Below, one piece after another: positions 51,021 through 64,000 of a DNA stretch of 64,000 bases. Source of the stretch: Camelus ferus (taxonomy: Eukaryota); assembly GCF_009834535.1 (NCBI RefSeq), contig NC_045697.1:52144001-52208000 (forward strand), written 5' to 3'. Each line of letters starts with the position of its first letter. Within the stretch, counting starts at the first letter, position 1. The notes under the pieces are model-generated. The model saw nothing but the letters and a program-made list of their open reading frames with translations, did no database searches and was not told where the DNA came from. A program made the translations under genes and the position numbers.

Positions 51021-53189
51021 TGCAGCCGAGCATGATGTGACAGTGTTGACCTTCAGCGCTGTCCCTGTGACCTTCACAAAGATACTACAGGAGGCAGCCT
51101 CAACCTCACCAGCCCCTGTGTTTTTCTAGATCTCTGCTGGTTCTTCTAAGATTCACAACATTACACATCCGCTGAGCCCCATTCCTTGATTCCCAACACA
51201 CTGAGCCCCATTCCTTGATTGCTTCTCAGGCTTAATATGTACCATTGAGGAAAAAGTTAGCAGCCTTCCACCAAAAATAGCCTGGACTCACTCATACCTA
51301 AGAAAATACATTTTTTAAATTAAAAAAGGAACCTCCTAAAGAGGTCCTTTCTTGCTCCCAGCTGCAAGTTGTACAGCATTGATTAGGTAGTATCTGCCTT
51401 GTGAAAAGAAAACCTTTGTGGTCTGAACAAGTTTATTGTTGCTAAATACGACTCCTCAGAGCAATTTATTGAGTCAAAGTTCTAAAAACAATGATTTCAG
51501 CTTAATTCAATTTACTGTATATACGCTATATGATATTCTATCTATGTGCTTTCTCCGCCCAGAGAAACTGAAGGTGTTCTAACTCAACATGTTTTGCTTT
51601 GAAATAAGATTGTATTTTCTGAATAAATACCCCTCTGAAACAAATGTAAGCCAAGGAACACCTTCTATATTTCTAGTTAACTGCTTCAAGAAATTGGAAC
51701 TCATCTCATGGTAGATGTAGCATTTTATGGTAGAGATCAAGCAATTTTTAATAGCAAATGTAACTGGAGTCATACTGATCAAAATCATCCCTGGTCCCTC
51801 AAGAATCTAAGTCCCAGCAGGTTGCAGTACTATAAATGGCTATTTAGTGCACTTCAATTTAATAGCGCTGAATCCAAAAGGAAGACTACTGTGTATCACT
51901 GTTGGAAAAAATGCACTGAATTCTATTTTGAGGGTTTGTATTTGAGTGCAAGTTCACAAATCAAAGAAGCTTTTTATTATCTTGGGCTTGGTCAGTAGCA
52001 CTCAGGTGTTAACGGGGGACTGCTGTGTGTCTCCACCCCATTCTCTCTTAATTTGTAGCTGCCTTGTCTATTAACTAAAGCAAGGTCAGGTGCCCAAGCG
52101 TTCAGCAGCCAAGAACTAGGAAATCAAATGCCTGCCCCTCTCACGGCTTCTACAGCAGAAGGTGCAGTCCTGCCTCCTGCAAAGATTCCAAAAGGGGAAA
52201 TGAACCTCGAATAGGGAAGTTCTTCAGATGATGCCATGAAGCCAAAAAGCAACAAACTATGCACTACATATGGAGGCAGCATTTTAGATTTTTTTCGCTT
52301 CCAAAATCTACCTGCGGAAGCTTTAAAACCAACTCTGAGAAGTAATTATCACTGGTAAGAACATGCCAGGAATGAGACTCCTTTAAGGTAGGTGAGTGGC
52401 CTACGGTAGCCGAGTGAGTGAAGATGAGACCTAGCTTCTGTTCCAGCATGCCATGCCAGGTTCACGGGCACTTAAAGTGCCCCCTGATTAATTTAGTTTT
52501 GGAATCACAATATATGTCCCTTGCAGAGTCAGGACTTAGGGTATGCAGTTTAGTACCGTCTAAAATTTAACCACTGACCCCTTTTCCTTTGGCTGTGACT
52601 TAGAATTGTTGCTCTGTGAAAAGCAATTTTGGAAAATTCTGCTCTGCTTTTATTTGGGAGGTTACATTTATAAATCATTCATGAACGACTTACACACCAG
52701 TCTGTTTCGGTCAAGTCTTTTTATGCTTGAACAGGTAGAACTAAGAAGTCAATAAATATTACACAATTGGTGGAAGTAGTGTTTTCATGGTTTCCTTGAA
52801 TATAGTTTCCAGCAAACTCTTAACATCTTTCACCTTTTTTTAATATTAAGAATCACTGACCCAAATATTCCATCATTTTAGTACAAGTCTTAATTTCAAA
52901 CTTTATATGCATAAATTATGCCTGCATTTGTTCCATTTTGTGCGAAGCAGAGATCTTTTGAGAAGATACTGCCAAAACTTGTGATTCCTAACATTAAAGA
53001 GAAGCTTTTGAATTCCCATCTCCTTGTCAACCATAGCAGATTTTACTGGTTAATGTCTATTATATAAGTAGTCCTCAGTTTTTTTTTTTATACCTTACAT
53101 AAAACACCTTCCTTCAAAAACACTGGTTCTCATGACAGAAACAAACAAAACAACAATACTTTGTTTCTATGAATGAAATTTACAAACTA

Positions 53190-53572
53190 TCAGCCAAGGG
53201 TTCTCCAAGGAAATAAAACTAACAGGAAAGAGATTAATTTATTTTTAAAACTGACTTACGTGACCGTGGAGCTGGCTAGTTCGAAGTCTGTGAGGCCGGC
53301 GGACAGTCTGGAAACTCACGCAGGGTTTCCACGCTCCCATTTCGAAGTAGAATTCTCCTTCTCTGAGAAACCTCAGCTTTTGCTTTTAAGGCCTTCAGCT
53401 GATTGGCTGAGGCCCACGCACATCATGGAGGGCAATCTTTTCACTTAAAGTCAGCTGGTGGAGAGATGTTAATCACAGCTAAAAATACCTATGGCAACCT
53501 CTAGACTAATGTTTGACTAAACAAATAGGCACCATAGCCTAGCCAAGTTGACACGTAAAATTTAACCATCAC
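53190..53572 (-). mobile_element. ERVL LTR (MLT2-like)
   Basis: gggttctcca...ggccttcagctgattggctgaggcccac...aagttgacacgtaaaatttaaccatcaca. Confidence 0.85.
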
Positions 53573-54921
53573 ACAAGCCTTCTGTTATTTTTGTTGTGCT
53601 TTACAAGGTTTAAAGGCTTTCAAGTGGCAGTTCCCATGTCCTTTGTTTTCCTGGATGCCTTAAGTCACCCCGCAGGTGATTCTTAAACCAACACCTGAGA
53701 AGCATGACCTTAAGTGATCTACACAGGACTATTGTCTTAAAATTCGAGCTTATTTTTGTGGAGATTTAAATTTTAAAACAGAACAAGGGAAAAGCCTTTC
53801 TATTATGTCATTTAATTCAACAGTAACACACTCTAATAAAGTAAGAATTTAATCAGTGTAACAGTTTATTTCCGTTTGGTGATAAACAGCTAAAAATAAG
53901 AACAAGAAGGCTTAGAAGGTTGTCTTTTTATGCCTCTGGTCTCCCTTTTGTGCACCCCTCCCCACCACATAAGTCTCACTCCCACTCAACCTATAGACAG
54001 TGATTTTCTGTTCAACCAAACCTGCAAATCACTATTCCAGAAACTTGGCACTCTCACCCCAATCAGAAAAAGGAGGGCTTCTGAGATCAGCCAGTTAAGC
54101 ACCTGTTGGCTAAGTGGCTGATTAGACCAGGGGAGGGAAATTTTTGAACACTGCTTTATCTCAGTCTGCCATTGCATTATGAAAATTCTGTCAAGCATGG
54201 AATGAAGTTTTTTCTCCCATTATAGAAAACCCAGTCACAGATAATTAAAACAAAAGATGGCCTTTCCCAGAGGCTATTTCATCCTTGCCCATTTCTTTCA
54301 GGATCTTAAATATCCTTTTTCTCATTAGGCTAAGAAAGTACCTAATTTTTCCTTCCCCACCATAAAAGTTTCATAGTTTCATAACTTAAGTTTTTCTGGC
54401 AAATTCTGGTTTGCAGTTAACAATAGGGCCTACTTATTCATTCACAGATCAGGGTCTCAAGATTCCTTTATTGCTTCTACCCCTGTAAGAACATTTGTTA
54501 ACAATGAATCCTGTGTCTGTGTCCTCACTCTTGCAGCCTTCCTGTGCTACGCCTCAGGAAGGCCTGCCCATTTCAAATCAAATTCTTTGCTCCCACCTTG
54601 TGGATAACAGATATAAATGCAGATGGCTGTGCAAAAATCTACTCTGAAATCCGATATTAATAACATTGATGGTATGTAATCACCTGGAATAAGCTTGCTT
54701 TGTGCTACAGCTCTATTTAGAACAACATGAAAAGCTTAGAGCCAGATTAAGAAAATACAGAATTTTCAGCTTCTATTCTCAGAGATTTTAACGACGGTGT
54801 CTATTTGGCAACTTTGTGCACGCCTACCAAATGATCCACCTAAAGTTTTAGTTCTGTTCCTTAGAATGTTTAAAATTTTGAGGAAAAAAAAAATTTAATC
54901 TCTTGAAAGATAGCATTAGTA

Positions 54922-55077
54922 GGGGGAGGGGATAGCTCAGTGGTAGAGCACGTGCTTAGCACGCACGTGGTCCTGAGTTCAATCCCCAGCACCTCCATTA
55001 AAATAAATAAACCTCATTACCTACTCCCCGCCTAAGAAAATGAAATTAAAAAATAAATATTTTTAAGTGTTTTTTAA
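54922..55077 (+). mobile_element. Vic-1-type SINE
   Basis: gggggaggggatagctcagtggtagagcacgtgcttagc...gagttcaatccc; target-site duplication AAAGATAGCATTA at 54906-18 and 55078-90. Confidence 0.9.
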
Positions 55078-55387
55078 AAAGATAGCATTAATAATAAAGT
55101 ATATCTTCTCAAAATTAAACTCCTACTAAGATTAGGTTAAAAATAGTAAAATATTTCACTTTTTACATGCTGTATTACTTTTCAAAGGACTTTCCCGCAT
55201 TACTTATCTAATATTCATTACAGTCACATAAAGCAGATAATCCATGTCCTAATACATCTAATTTACAGATAAAATGGGTTCAGTGAGATGAACACACTGA
55301 TGACAAGCTAACGGCAAAGACTGATCTAAAAACAGCATTTACTAAGCACTTTCCTTAAATCAGGGAAGGCACATACCACTTTGTAAC

Positions 55388-55889
55388 TGTGCCACTTATC
55401 TATTGCTTAGTAACATGCCACCCTGACAGAGCAGCTTAAAAGAATAACAATTATCAAATTTGCTGACGAATCTGGGGGTTGATTAGGCTCAGGGTTTTTC
55501 ATAGTTACAGTCAGGCAGTGGTTGGGGCTGGGACCATCGTGAACGCTGTTTCATCATATAGGCTGGCCTGGGCTGGAGGGAATCAAGCAGCTGGGGTTTG
55601 AAACAGTGGGACTCCGTGGGCATCTCTCTCTAGCTGGTCTCTTCAGGTGGTCTCCACATGGCAGTCCCAGGGCAGCCCTACTTTGCACTTGGTGGCTGAA
55701 GGTTACCAGAGTGAATTTCCCAAGATACGATGGCAGAAGTTGTTCTTTAATTGACCCTCAGAAATCAGGCACATTCTATTCAACAGTGCAGAGACCCACC
55801 CAGTTTCAAGGGAAGGTGAAATAGACTGCATTTTTTTTTTTTTGATAAATGGAGTATCAAATAATTTGCAGGTGTTTTAAAACCACCAT
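55388..55889 (-). mobile_element. MaLR LTR (MLT1-like)
   Basis: Termini ttatctattgcttagtaaca and ttttaaaaccacca; internal gtggtctccacatgg. Confidence 0.7.
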
Positions 55890-56164
55890 CTATACATTCT
55901 TATACATTAGTTTCATTGACCTCTATGAAAATAGGTACTACTATTAACCACATTTTATAGATGGAGAAGTTGAGGCACAGTGTATTTAACCCTCCCACGG
56001 TCAACAACTTTGAGTCTGGACTCTACACTCTTAATCTCTATACATACTCCATTGCCACTGAATTGGTCGCTGGATATACACCAGCAATTCTGAAGGGTAT
56101 TTTACTATCAACCATAATTATCAGGTTTAAAAAAGTGGAAAATAAATATATTTATATTTCTCTT

Positions 56165-56471
56165 CAAACAGAAACAGACTCACAGATACAAAAAACAAAA
56201 CTTATGGTAACCAAAGGGGAAAGGGAGGGGGAATAAATTAGGAATTTGGGATTAGCAGATACAATCTACTATGTACAAAATAAATAAACAGTAAGGCCCT
56301 ACTGTATAGCACAGGGAACGGTATTCAATAGCTTATAATAACCTATTATGAAAAGGAACATATATGTATAACTATATTTGTATGTATAGTATATATGAAT
56401 ACTATGCTGTATGCTAGAAATTAACACAACAGTGTAAATCAACTATACTTCAATTAAATTTTTTTTCTTTA
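56165..56471 (+). mobile_element. L1 3' end with target-site duplication
   Basis: ATATTTCTCTT at 56154-64 and 56472-82. Confidence 0.88.
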
Positions 56472-57482
56472 ATATTTCTCTTTATCCCATTTCCACAAGA
56501 AAATCAGATCTAGCCAGACTATGTTTTGCAGAATACATTACCTTTTAAATGAGCATTTATTGAGCATCTGGTCAGCAGTGACAAAGGATAGTCCCCCTCA
56601 TCAGAGGAACTTCCACTCTAATAGGAAAGACAGGCATGATACCAACAAACTGGGGAGTGAAGGACACCAGCAAGAGACAGGAATCACTAAGATAGAGCTA
56701 AAAAAGAAACTGGTCAGTAGCAAGTCTCCAGATTTGAACATCAGCACAGGCTCCTGAAGATGAGATGCTGCTGTCTGCTATTGTCAGCTGCCAGGCAGAT
56801 CACCTTGTGGTGCTCCTTGCCCCGCACAAGAGACCTGCCATCGGTCATCTCCTTTCCTGCATCTCCCCAGTCAAGTCAGCTTGGAAAGTCACATAAATTG
56901 TTTAGCTTTACATTTTTTGTTTACTTTAGTGATAGGTGGAAAGATGACACATCCAATGATAGTAATTAAAAGAAGTCTTGCTGCCACCTCTACAGTCAGA
57001 CTCTGGACAACCTCCCTGAGCAAACAGAGAGGAGACAGAATATGTCTTCCAAGACCCTCAACAACCAGTTCGGAACTTTCTTTTGTACTTTTTACTTAAT
57101 CCCCTCATTTATTCAAACTCTTCTCCAGGTTTTCTGTGTTCTGGTAACATCTTACTTTTATGCATTTGTTCGACTCTTTCCAATGCGTTTGTTCTTTTAT
57201 CATGATATTTGATATCCAACCTCCCAATTGGGCTATAACCTTATGTTAATTTAATTTAGCATTCTCATTCCCAGAAATATTTGTTTACTTAAAAAAATAC
57301 ATTGGCTGAAATTAGAAGCCAAAGACTCAATATGTAACTCGAAGTTTAGAAACACAGGGATGGGAGAAAATATTTTAGAACAGTGGACACTCCAGGAGAC
57401 CAGATTACAGCATGATGACAGGTCTTTTCTGCCCAACCGACCCCGTAGGGATCTTACCCACTCTTCCAAATTACCCCTGCCT

Positions 57483-57940
57483 TGTTAAAAAAAGAATAAA
57501 ATAGTGTCATTTGCAGCAACATGGATGGACCTGGAGATTGTCATACTAAGTGACATAAGCCAGAAAGAGAAATAAAAGTACCATATGCTATCACTTATAT
57601 GTGAAACCTTAAAAAAATGATACAAATGAACTTATTTACAAGCCAGAAACAGACTCACAGACATAGAGAACAAACTTACAGTTACCAGGGTGCAAAGAAA
57701 GGAGGGGGAGGGATAAATTGGGAGTTTGGGATTTGCAGATACTAACTACTATATAATAGATAAACAAGGTCCTACTATACAGCACAGGGAACTATATTCA
57801 ATATCTTATAATAACCTATAATGAAAAAGAGTATGAAAAGGAATAATATATAGATATATAAATGAATCACTATGCTGTACACCAGAAATGAACACATCAT
57901 AAACCAACTATACGTCAATAAAAAATAATAAAATGAAATA
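57483..57940 (+). mobile_element. Young 5'-truncated L1 with a perfect 16-bp target-site duplication
   Basis: CAAATTACCCCTGCCT at 57467-82 and 57941-56; body very similar to 12840-13262. Confidence 0.92.
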
Positions 57941-60900
57941 CAAATTACCCCTGCCTAAAACAAAACCATCTCAGCTACGTAGCAATACAGTGCCCTGGAA
58001 AATGTAAGACATTGACCCAAATTCATAGAAATGCATAAATAACTGAGACAACAGATACATTCTTAAAAACAAATTTTGTTAGAAAAGAAATGAGGCCGAT
58101 AGCCATTAACAGGGGTAAGATTCAAAGTATTCAGCAACTGATATGGCATAGGTCCTGAAAATCAGAACAGGACCTGGACAACAAGAAGCGATGGCATCCA
58201 TTCATGACTGGCAACTGGTTCAGTCATATTGGGGGAACTATCTGGTATCCCCTCGCCATTAGGGAATGGAGTACCTGAGAGAGTTGGAAATGCATTGGGG
58301 AAGGAGAAGGGGCACCAAAAGATAGAGTGAAGGAGTCTAAGATAAATTTTACTCATTTGGAAAATCCTAAGATCAACATACTTGTCATTGGCAGTGGCCA
58401 TGCAGAATATGACAAAACACTCCTAAGGCTGGGGAAATAATGTAAATAGAAGCGTATGTCAAACGCAGACTTGCTGAGCAGAAACAAAATCAGTAACATT
58501 TGTAAAAAATTAATTTCTTTATTGGTCATCTGAGAAGTAGTTCATAGAATAAATTTAGATATTATAAATATAATCAGATGAAAATAAGAAACTAATATAA
58601 ACTCAGAATAAGGCCAAAAGTGCTGCAAACTTAACGTAGAAGGAAAAAAATGAGTTTTAACCAACAATAAGTTTTTCTTATCCAGTCTATCATATATAGG
58701 CCTCACTGTCATTTATATGTTCCCAATTATGATGCCTAATATACTCAAGTTAAATCAACAATTATACTCAGCTCTAGTTCTCCAATTCTACTAGATTCTA
58801 CTCTAATTCTAATAGATTGTTTCTGTGTAAAAAGCAGAGAATTACATTGTGAAGGATCATGAGTGATTAACTCAAAAGACAGCAAGGATGAAGCCTATGA
58901 TTGCTTTTCATTCAAATAAAATTAATACTCTCATCAACTGGCAAATATAGAAAGTCAATTATATACTTTTTAATTAGCACAACTGCATTTAAAAATTGTT
59001 AATGTTCTAAGCATTTCCATATTTGTATAATGCAAATATTGAGGAAAATTTTCCGACATGTTAAAAATCTTAAAACAGCATCGTTACTGCCATAAATTTA
59101 GGACAGATCACTGTTCCTGAAAATAGACCTTCCAGATCTTTTTTCTATTTCTTAGCTATTTTTGAAAAACAACTGTGAAGCTGGGGTATGCTATAGTTTA
59201 AATACTTAAGAAGAAGAAACTCTTCTCTCAGGAGCACCTGTCCATGAGAGTGGTCACTGCCTCTACCGCTCTGCTTAAATTGCTAGGTAGTGTAAGGGAA
59301 ACACCGAACAAAGGACAGGACGTCTGCCCAGACACTCAGACTGGGAGAGCATGCTCCCCACAGGGCCCACATGCCTTCGTTTGTGCTCCAAGAGCATCAC
59401 TATCATCTACTTCACAGGCATTTGAGGCACAAGAAAATGATAAACGATGAGTCATTTGAACTCCACTCTCTGTCTGCCTTGCTCACCCATGAGATTTCAG
59501 CCATTTCTGCTACTTTATATGAGACACACTAATGCCGATCTCTCCCAATCAGAGGCTGATTTGTGCAACTGTCAGCAGAGAGCACCATCTTCACAATATA
59601 GGAACAAGGTTTATCCTTGCCCTCTTCACCCTTCCCTCGTTAATGACAGGCTCATTTTACCCATGGCATAAGATGCTAAGAACATCAGTGATGTGGACCT
59701 TGCAGGACTGGCCCTTTTTTCTATACACAGACAAGTAAGCACATTATTTGATTTTAAACACAGTCATAATACAACTTCAAAACACCATCCACACTTCCCA
59801 GCCTCTATAATTTTAAGTCATTCCGTTCTCACTTAATAGCCGGGCTAAGATGGAAGGAATGTGTGATTCTTATCTGCGTTACACAAGTAGATGGAAAGAA
59901 AAGGGATTTGGGGGAAGACGCCTCTCTTCTCGTAGTCCACAGTTCATTTTATTCCCCAAACAGAAAGCTCTCCCCTGCACCGGGTTAGGCAACAACTCTG
60001 CCTCGTTAAAATTTAAATGAAGGAATTCTAATTCTTTCTTCAAAGCCTAACAGCAACAATAGTTCTTGACCAGTAACTCCCTTAGATCCAGGCACACAGA
60101 GCTCTGGGCATCACACATTAGGCTGCCCCTTTTCTAGCCTTGGTCCAGCCAGGACCCTCCCCGTGGGGCCAGACATCCATGGGACCAAAGGGACATGCCC
60201 ACCCAGAATCCATTTTTCCCTCCTTCCGGACCTCACTCTAGTACCCAGGATGCCAGAATGCCCTGCAGACTTCCAGCACATTCTTCTCTAGGCAGACCAC
60301 ACTGTCAGCGGGCCAGGAGGCAGCTGTTTGTAAAGGCTAGACGTGGGGGCCAAGGTCTGCACAGGCGTGTGCATGAGCTCATCGTGGAACTGGAGAGAAC
60401 TGGAACTAGGAAGGAAACAGGGACAGGCATGGGCTGGAGGCTGGCTTTCTGCATGCTGCCAAGTTCTGCCACAGAGTTCAGAGGAATCGAACAGTTTTCA
60501 ACCGAAACCTGGATGTTCAGGTTGTTGTGAAGGCATCTTTGCCAAGCAAGGAGGATAGAACATATTTTATTTATTTAACAGCTTGTCAGCTTGATTTCAA
60601 ACTTTCAAATATTTAGACATATGCTGTGTGGGCCTCCATTTGTATCCTCACACCTGGGCCTGCAGTTTCAGGTCAGGTCAATATTTTGCAGGTACTAAAA
60701 TGAATCAAGTAAGTGACATCTTTTCTTTCTCTCCCCACACAAAAACAATACACAGCCTCATCCAAACAGGTTTAACAACAACAATTTGTACCCAGGCTTA
60801 ACAGCTGACTTAAAGCGAGCTGCTGGCACTCTGTCTTCCAAAACCAAGCCTGGAAAACTGTAAATGTGAAAGGAAAGTAAAGCTATTTGAGAGACTAACA

Positions 60901-61089
60901 ACCATGAAAGTAATAATTATGAGAACCCTTGCAGAGTCTGAGGCAGGAGGGTCCCCAGCAGGCGGTCTTGAACTTGGGAACACAGCGGAGCAGGAGGCTG
61001 AGCTGTAATGGATTCAACCTCGGGCAGAGAAAGCTGGAGGAAAGTTTCTAAAATCTGCTCATGTATTCAGCAAAGTTTAAAATGCTAAT

Positions 61090-63960
61090 AAAATCATAAA
61101 AGATGGCCTGAATAAGTGAAAAAAGACAGTCCATGCTCCTGGAGTGAATGACTTGCTATCATATAAAGATCAATTCTCTTCAGAGTTTTCTAGAAATTAA
61201 ATGCAACCTTCCTGTAAAATTCTAGATGAATTTTTTTATCAGTCACTCAAAATCCTTACTTGAAAATACATGTAGAAATATAAATTCTACAACAAAGAAG
61301 GCTAAAGAAAGAATAGTAATATGTGAGAGTGTACATAGCCAGACATTAAGATATAATCCAAAGCCATACAAATAATAAACAATGTATATTATTAAACATA
61401 CAGATAATTAAACAGAATAAAATAGAAATACAAGTATATATGAAAACTTAAAACACAACAATAATGGCACCAGAAATCAATGTGAAATGGTTGGATTATT
61501 TTGTAGATGGTGTAGAATTCTTAAATTGTGTAGAAAAATTAAATTGAAACTCTACCAAACAGCACATTCAATGGTAGACTACAAATGGACTAAAGATACA
61601 AAGTGAAAGATAATTATCTGGAGTTAACAAAACATGTAGGTAAATAGGTTTGTAACATGGGGTCAGGAACACTATACTTAATAAAAATTCAAAGAGGACA
61701 AATCATAGGCAAAATATTGATGAATTTTATTACATCAATGTTAAGGAGTTCTGATTCAACAGATGACACCTGGGTAAAGTCCACAGATCTATGCAGATAA
61801 AAAATATATTTACAAATCTAAACCCAAGAAGGCATTAAAATTTAGAAAACATAACAAAATCCACAAAGGAAAAGACAAAAATCATCAGTCAAATGAAAAA
61901 GGGAAGCACAGGGAATTTTTAGGGTGGTGAAACTATTCTGTATGATACTGTAATGGTAGATAAATGACATTATACATTTTTCAAAACCCATAAAAATGTA
62001 TAACACAAATAGTGAACCTTAATTCTGCAATTCTAAAATCATCACTTAGGAAGTCTAGGGTCCCAGGAAAGGATGCAGGCTGTGACACAAGAATCTAACT
62101 ATACTACAAATGCATGATGCAACTTCACTGAAAGGGTAGGGAGAAAAGATGTCAACTTTAGAAATAAACGAAGTCTGTAGGACTAAAGACAAAAGGAACT
62201 GCACATAAGCACTGTGCTCCCGTTGATAAAGTTATTTCCCATGGGAATACAGGTTAACCATTCCGATACTGCTATACACATATCCTGGAAGTGAGCAGTT
62301 AGGTAAGTGGGTGGAGGTCAGTGGGAGACACACTTCTCACTGCTGGAGCAGAAGTTTACAGATAAGTGATGGGAGGAGGCTGAAGTGGATTAGAGCTGGA
62401 GATATCAGTAGGAACTCATGTTTAATTTAAGGTAGATATAGGTCAGATGGTTACACATGGAAATATCTATTGATGTGTGTAAATACAGGGGTTAGTATAC
62501 ACACATACATTTGTTTGCTCTGTCAGCTGAGACAGTCCAAAAAAAACCCAATAACCCAGGAGCAATGAACACACCTAGCACCCAGATCTTGGTTTCTAAT
62601 ATGATTCTTCAATTACAGGATCTAGGAATTCTTGGAGAAATGGCTATTCTAGGACTAGGGGAGGGAATATTCAGAATGAACCTAGAGAATCTTGTAGTGC
62701 CGTGAAGAAAGGAACTGCTAAAAAAAAAAAAAAAAAAAAGGAAAAAGGAAAAAAACACAAAGATGGGGTAAGACAAAGGAACACAGGAGCCAATGTAAAC
62801 ATGTCCCAGTGGTCAAATCTGGAATAAAACAGGTATAGTAGTATTGGATTATAACCCAAAGTATAAAATCAATGTACACAAATTAGCCTATATTAATATA
62901 AATAAATGATTGCATAAATTAACAAATTAGAGAGGAGATAAAACTCTCCTGCAAAAGAATTTCAAATAAATTATATAGATATTCCTCCCTAAAGGGTGGA
63001 GAACATGACTCTGCACTACTGAAGTGTGGGCTTTGCATAGTGACTTCCTTCCAGAAAGTATAGTATGGGAAAGGGGAAGAAAAAGAAGCTTTACAGTGGA
63101 AAAGCCTGAAAAACCCTCTCCAGCCAGTTGATCAAAGTCAACATCAACAGTAATAAATCATGTCGGTAGTGTGAACCCTTGATGTAATGGAATGAAAATA
63201 AAACTTCACCTGTGGCGTATTCCTCCTAAAAATCCATAAACTTAGATTATTAATAAGAAAAGCATCAGACAAATTCTAATAGAGGGACATTCCACAAAAT
63301 ACCTGGACCAGTACTCCTCAAAAAGTCATCAAAAACAAGAAAAGTCTGAGAAACTATCACAACCAAGGGGAGCCTCAGGGGACAGGAACACCGAGTGTAA
63401 TGTGGTGCCCTTAATGGATCCTGGACCAGTAAAAGTATATTAGGCAAAACCTGAGGTTCATTGATTGTAACAAATGTATCATATTAATGTAAGATGTTAC
63501 TGGGGGAAACTGTGTGGGGATGAGGGAAAGGATATGGGAACTCTCTGTACTATCCGCTCAGTTTTTCTTTAAATCTAAACCTCTTCTGAAAAATTAAGCC
63601 TATTAATAAAAAGTGCAGCTTATAGGTGAGGAAGCCCCAAAGGCTTTCAAGCATATAAAGAGATCATCAAACTCATTTATTATCAGAGAAATGCTAATTA
63701 AAACATCAGTGAGATATCACTTCACCTCTAGGAGGCTGAATACACTTGGAAAGTTGGATAATGCCAGTTTTGGAGATTTGGAGATAAAGGAACCCTCAGT
63801 ACACTGCTGGTTGGAGTGCAGCCTGCTGTATGAGTTCTAAGAGGCCCTTAGTCACTTACATATAGGTACAAACTCTTTCCCCACATTCTGCATCAGGAGA
63901 TAGATAGGTAGACAGATAAGACAGATAGATAGATTGATCTCATGTGGGTGCATAAAAGAA
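61090..63960 (+). mobile_element. Old LINE-1 (L1ME-like) interrupted by an L1MC-like 3' region (~61895-63610)
   Basis: Degenerate ORF2 (HIKRSSNSFIIREMLIKTSVRYHF); L1MC-like tttagggtggtgaaactattctgtatgatactgtaatggt and gggaactctctgtactatc. Confidence 0.75.
63898..63935. repeat. Imperfect (GATA/GACA)n microsatellite
   Basis: gatagataggtagacagataagacagatagatagat. Confidence 0.75.
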
Positions 63961-64000
63961 CATGTAGGAGGATGTGTTTGCGGAAACAGAGTCAGACAAA

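Noticed and set aside
52458..52476. Vitamin D response element (DR3)
   Set aside because: Only one good half-site (GGTTCA); the sequence three bases downstream does not match RGKTCA.
60195..60558. Overlapping ORFs in a GC-richer patch as a new gene
   Set aside because: No recognisable protein, promoter or consistent splice structure; a probable hAT (MER53-like) fragment is adjacent.

Overview
This is mammalian genomic DNA, most likely a camelid (alpaca, llama or camel), inferred from tRNA-Ala-derived Vic-1-type SINEs and young L1 3' ends. It holds one complete, intact gene on the + strand: GC (group-specific component, vitamin D-binding protein; albumin family). I reconstructed 13 exons by hand, all with GT-AG introns. 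The ATG is at 18796, the stop codon at 46738-46740 in exon 12, and a non-coding exon 13 runs 50844-~51020 with AATAAA at 50994. The coding sequence is 1422 nt (473 aa plus stop) and keeps all 28 mature-chain cysteines. The promoter has HNF1-type sites, and intron 1 carries clusters of liver transcription-factor motifs. The rest is transposable-element debris (L1, L2, MIR, ERVL/MaLR, ERV1 solo LTRs, MER2, MER58, SINEs). Most listed ORFs are spurious or partial exon/L1 read-throughs. I found no convincing new biological system. The points most worth following up are Met at residue 436 (the human O-glycosylation/rs4588 site), loss of the N288 sequon, candidate hepatic enhancers, a solo LTR upstream of the promoter and some unusual splice-motif arrangements. 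Human comparisons and repeat-family names come from recall and were not checked by alignment.
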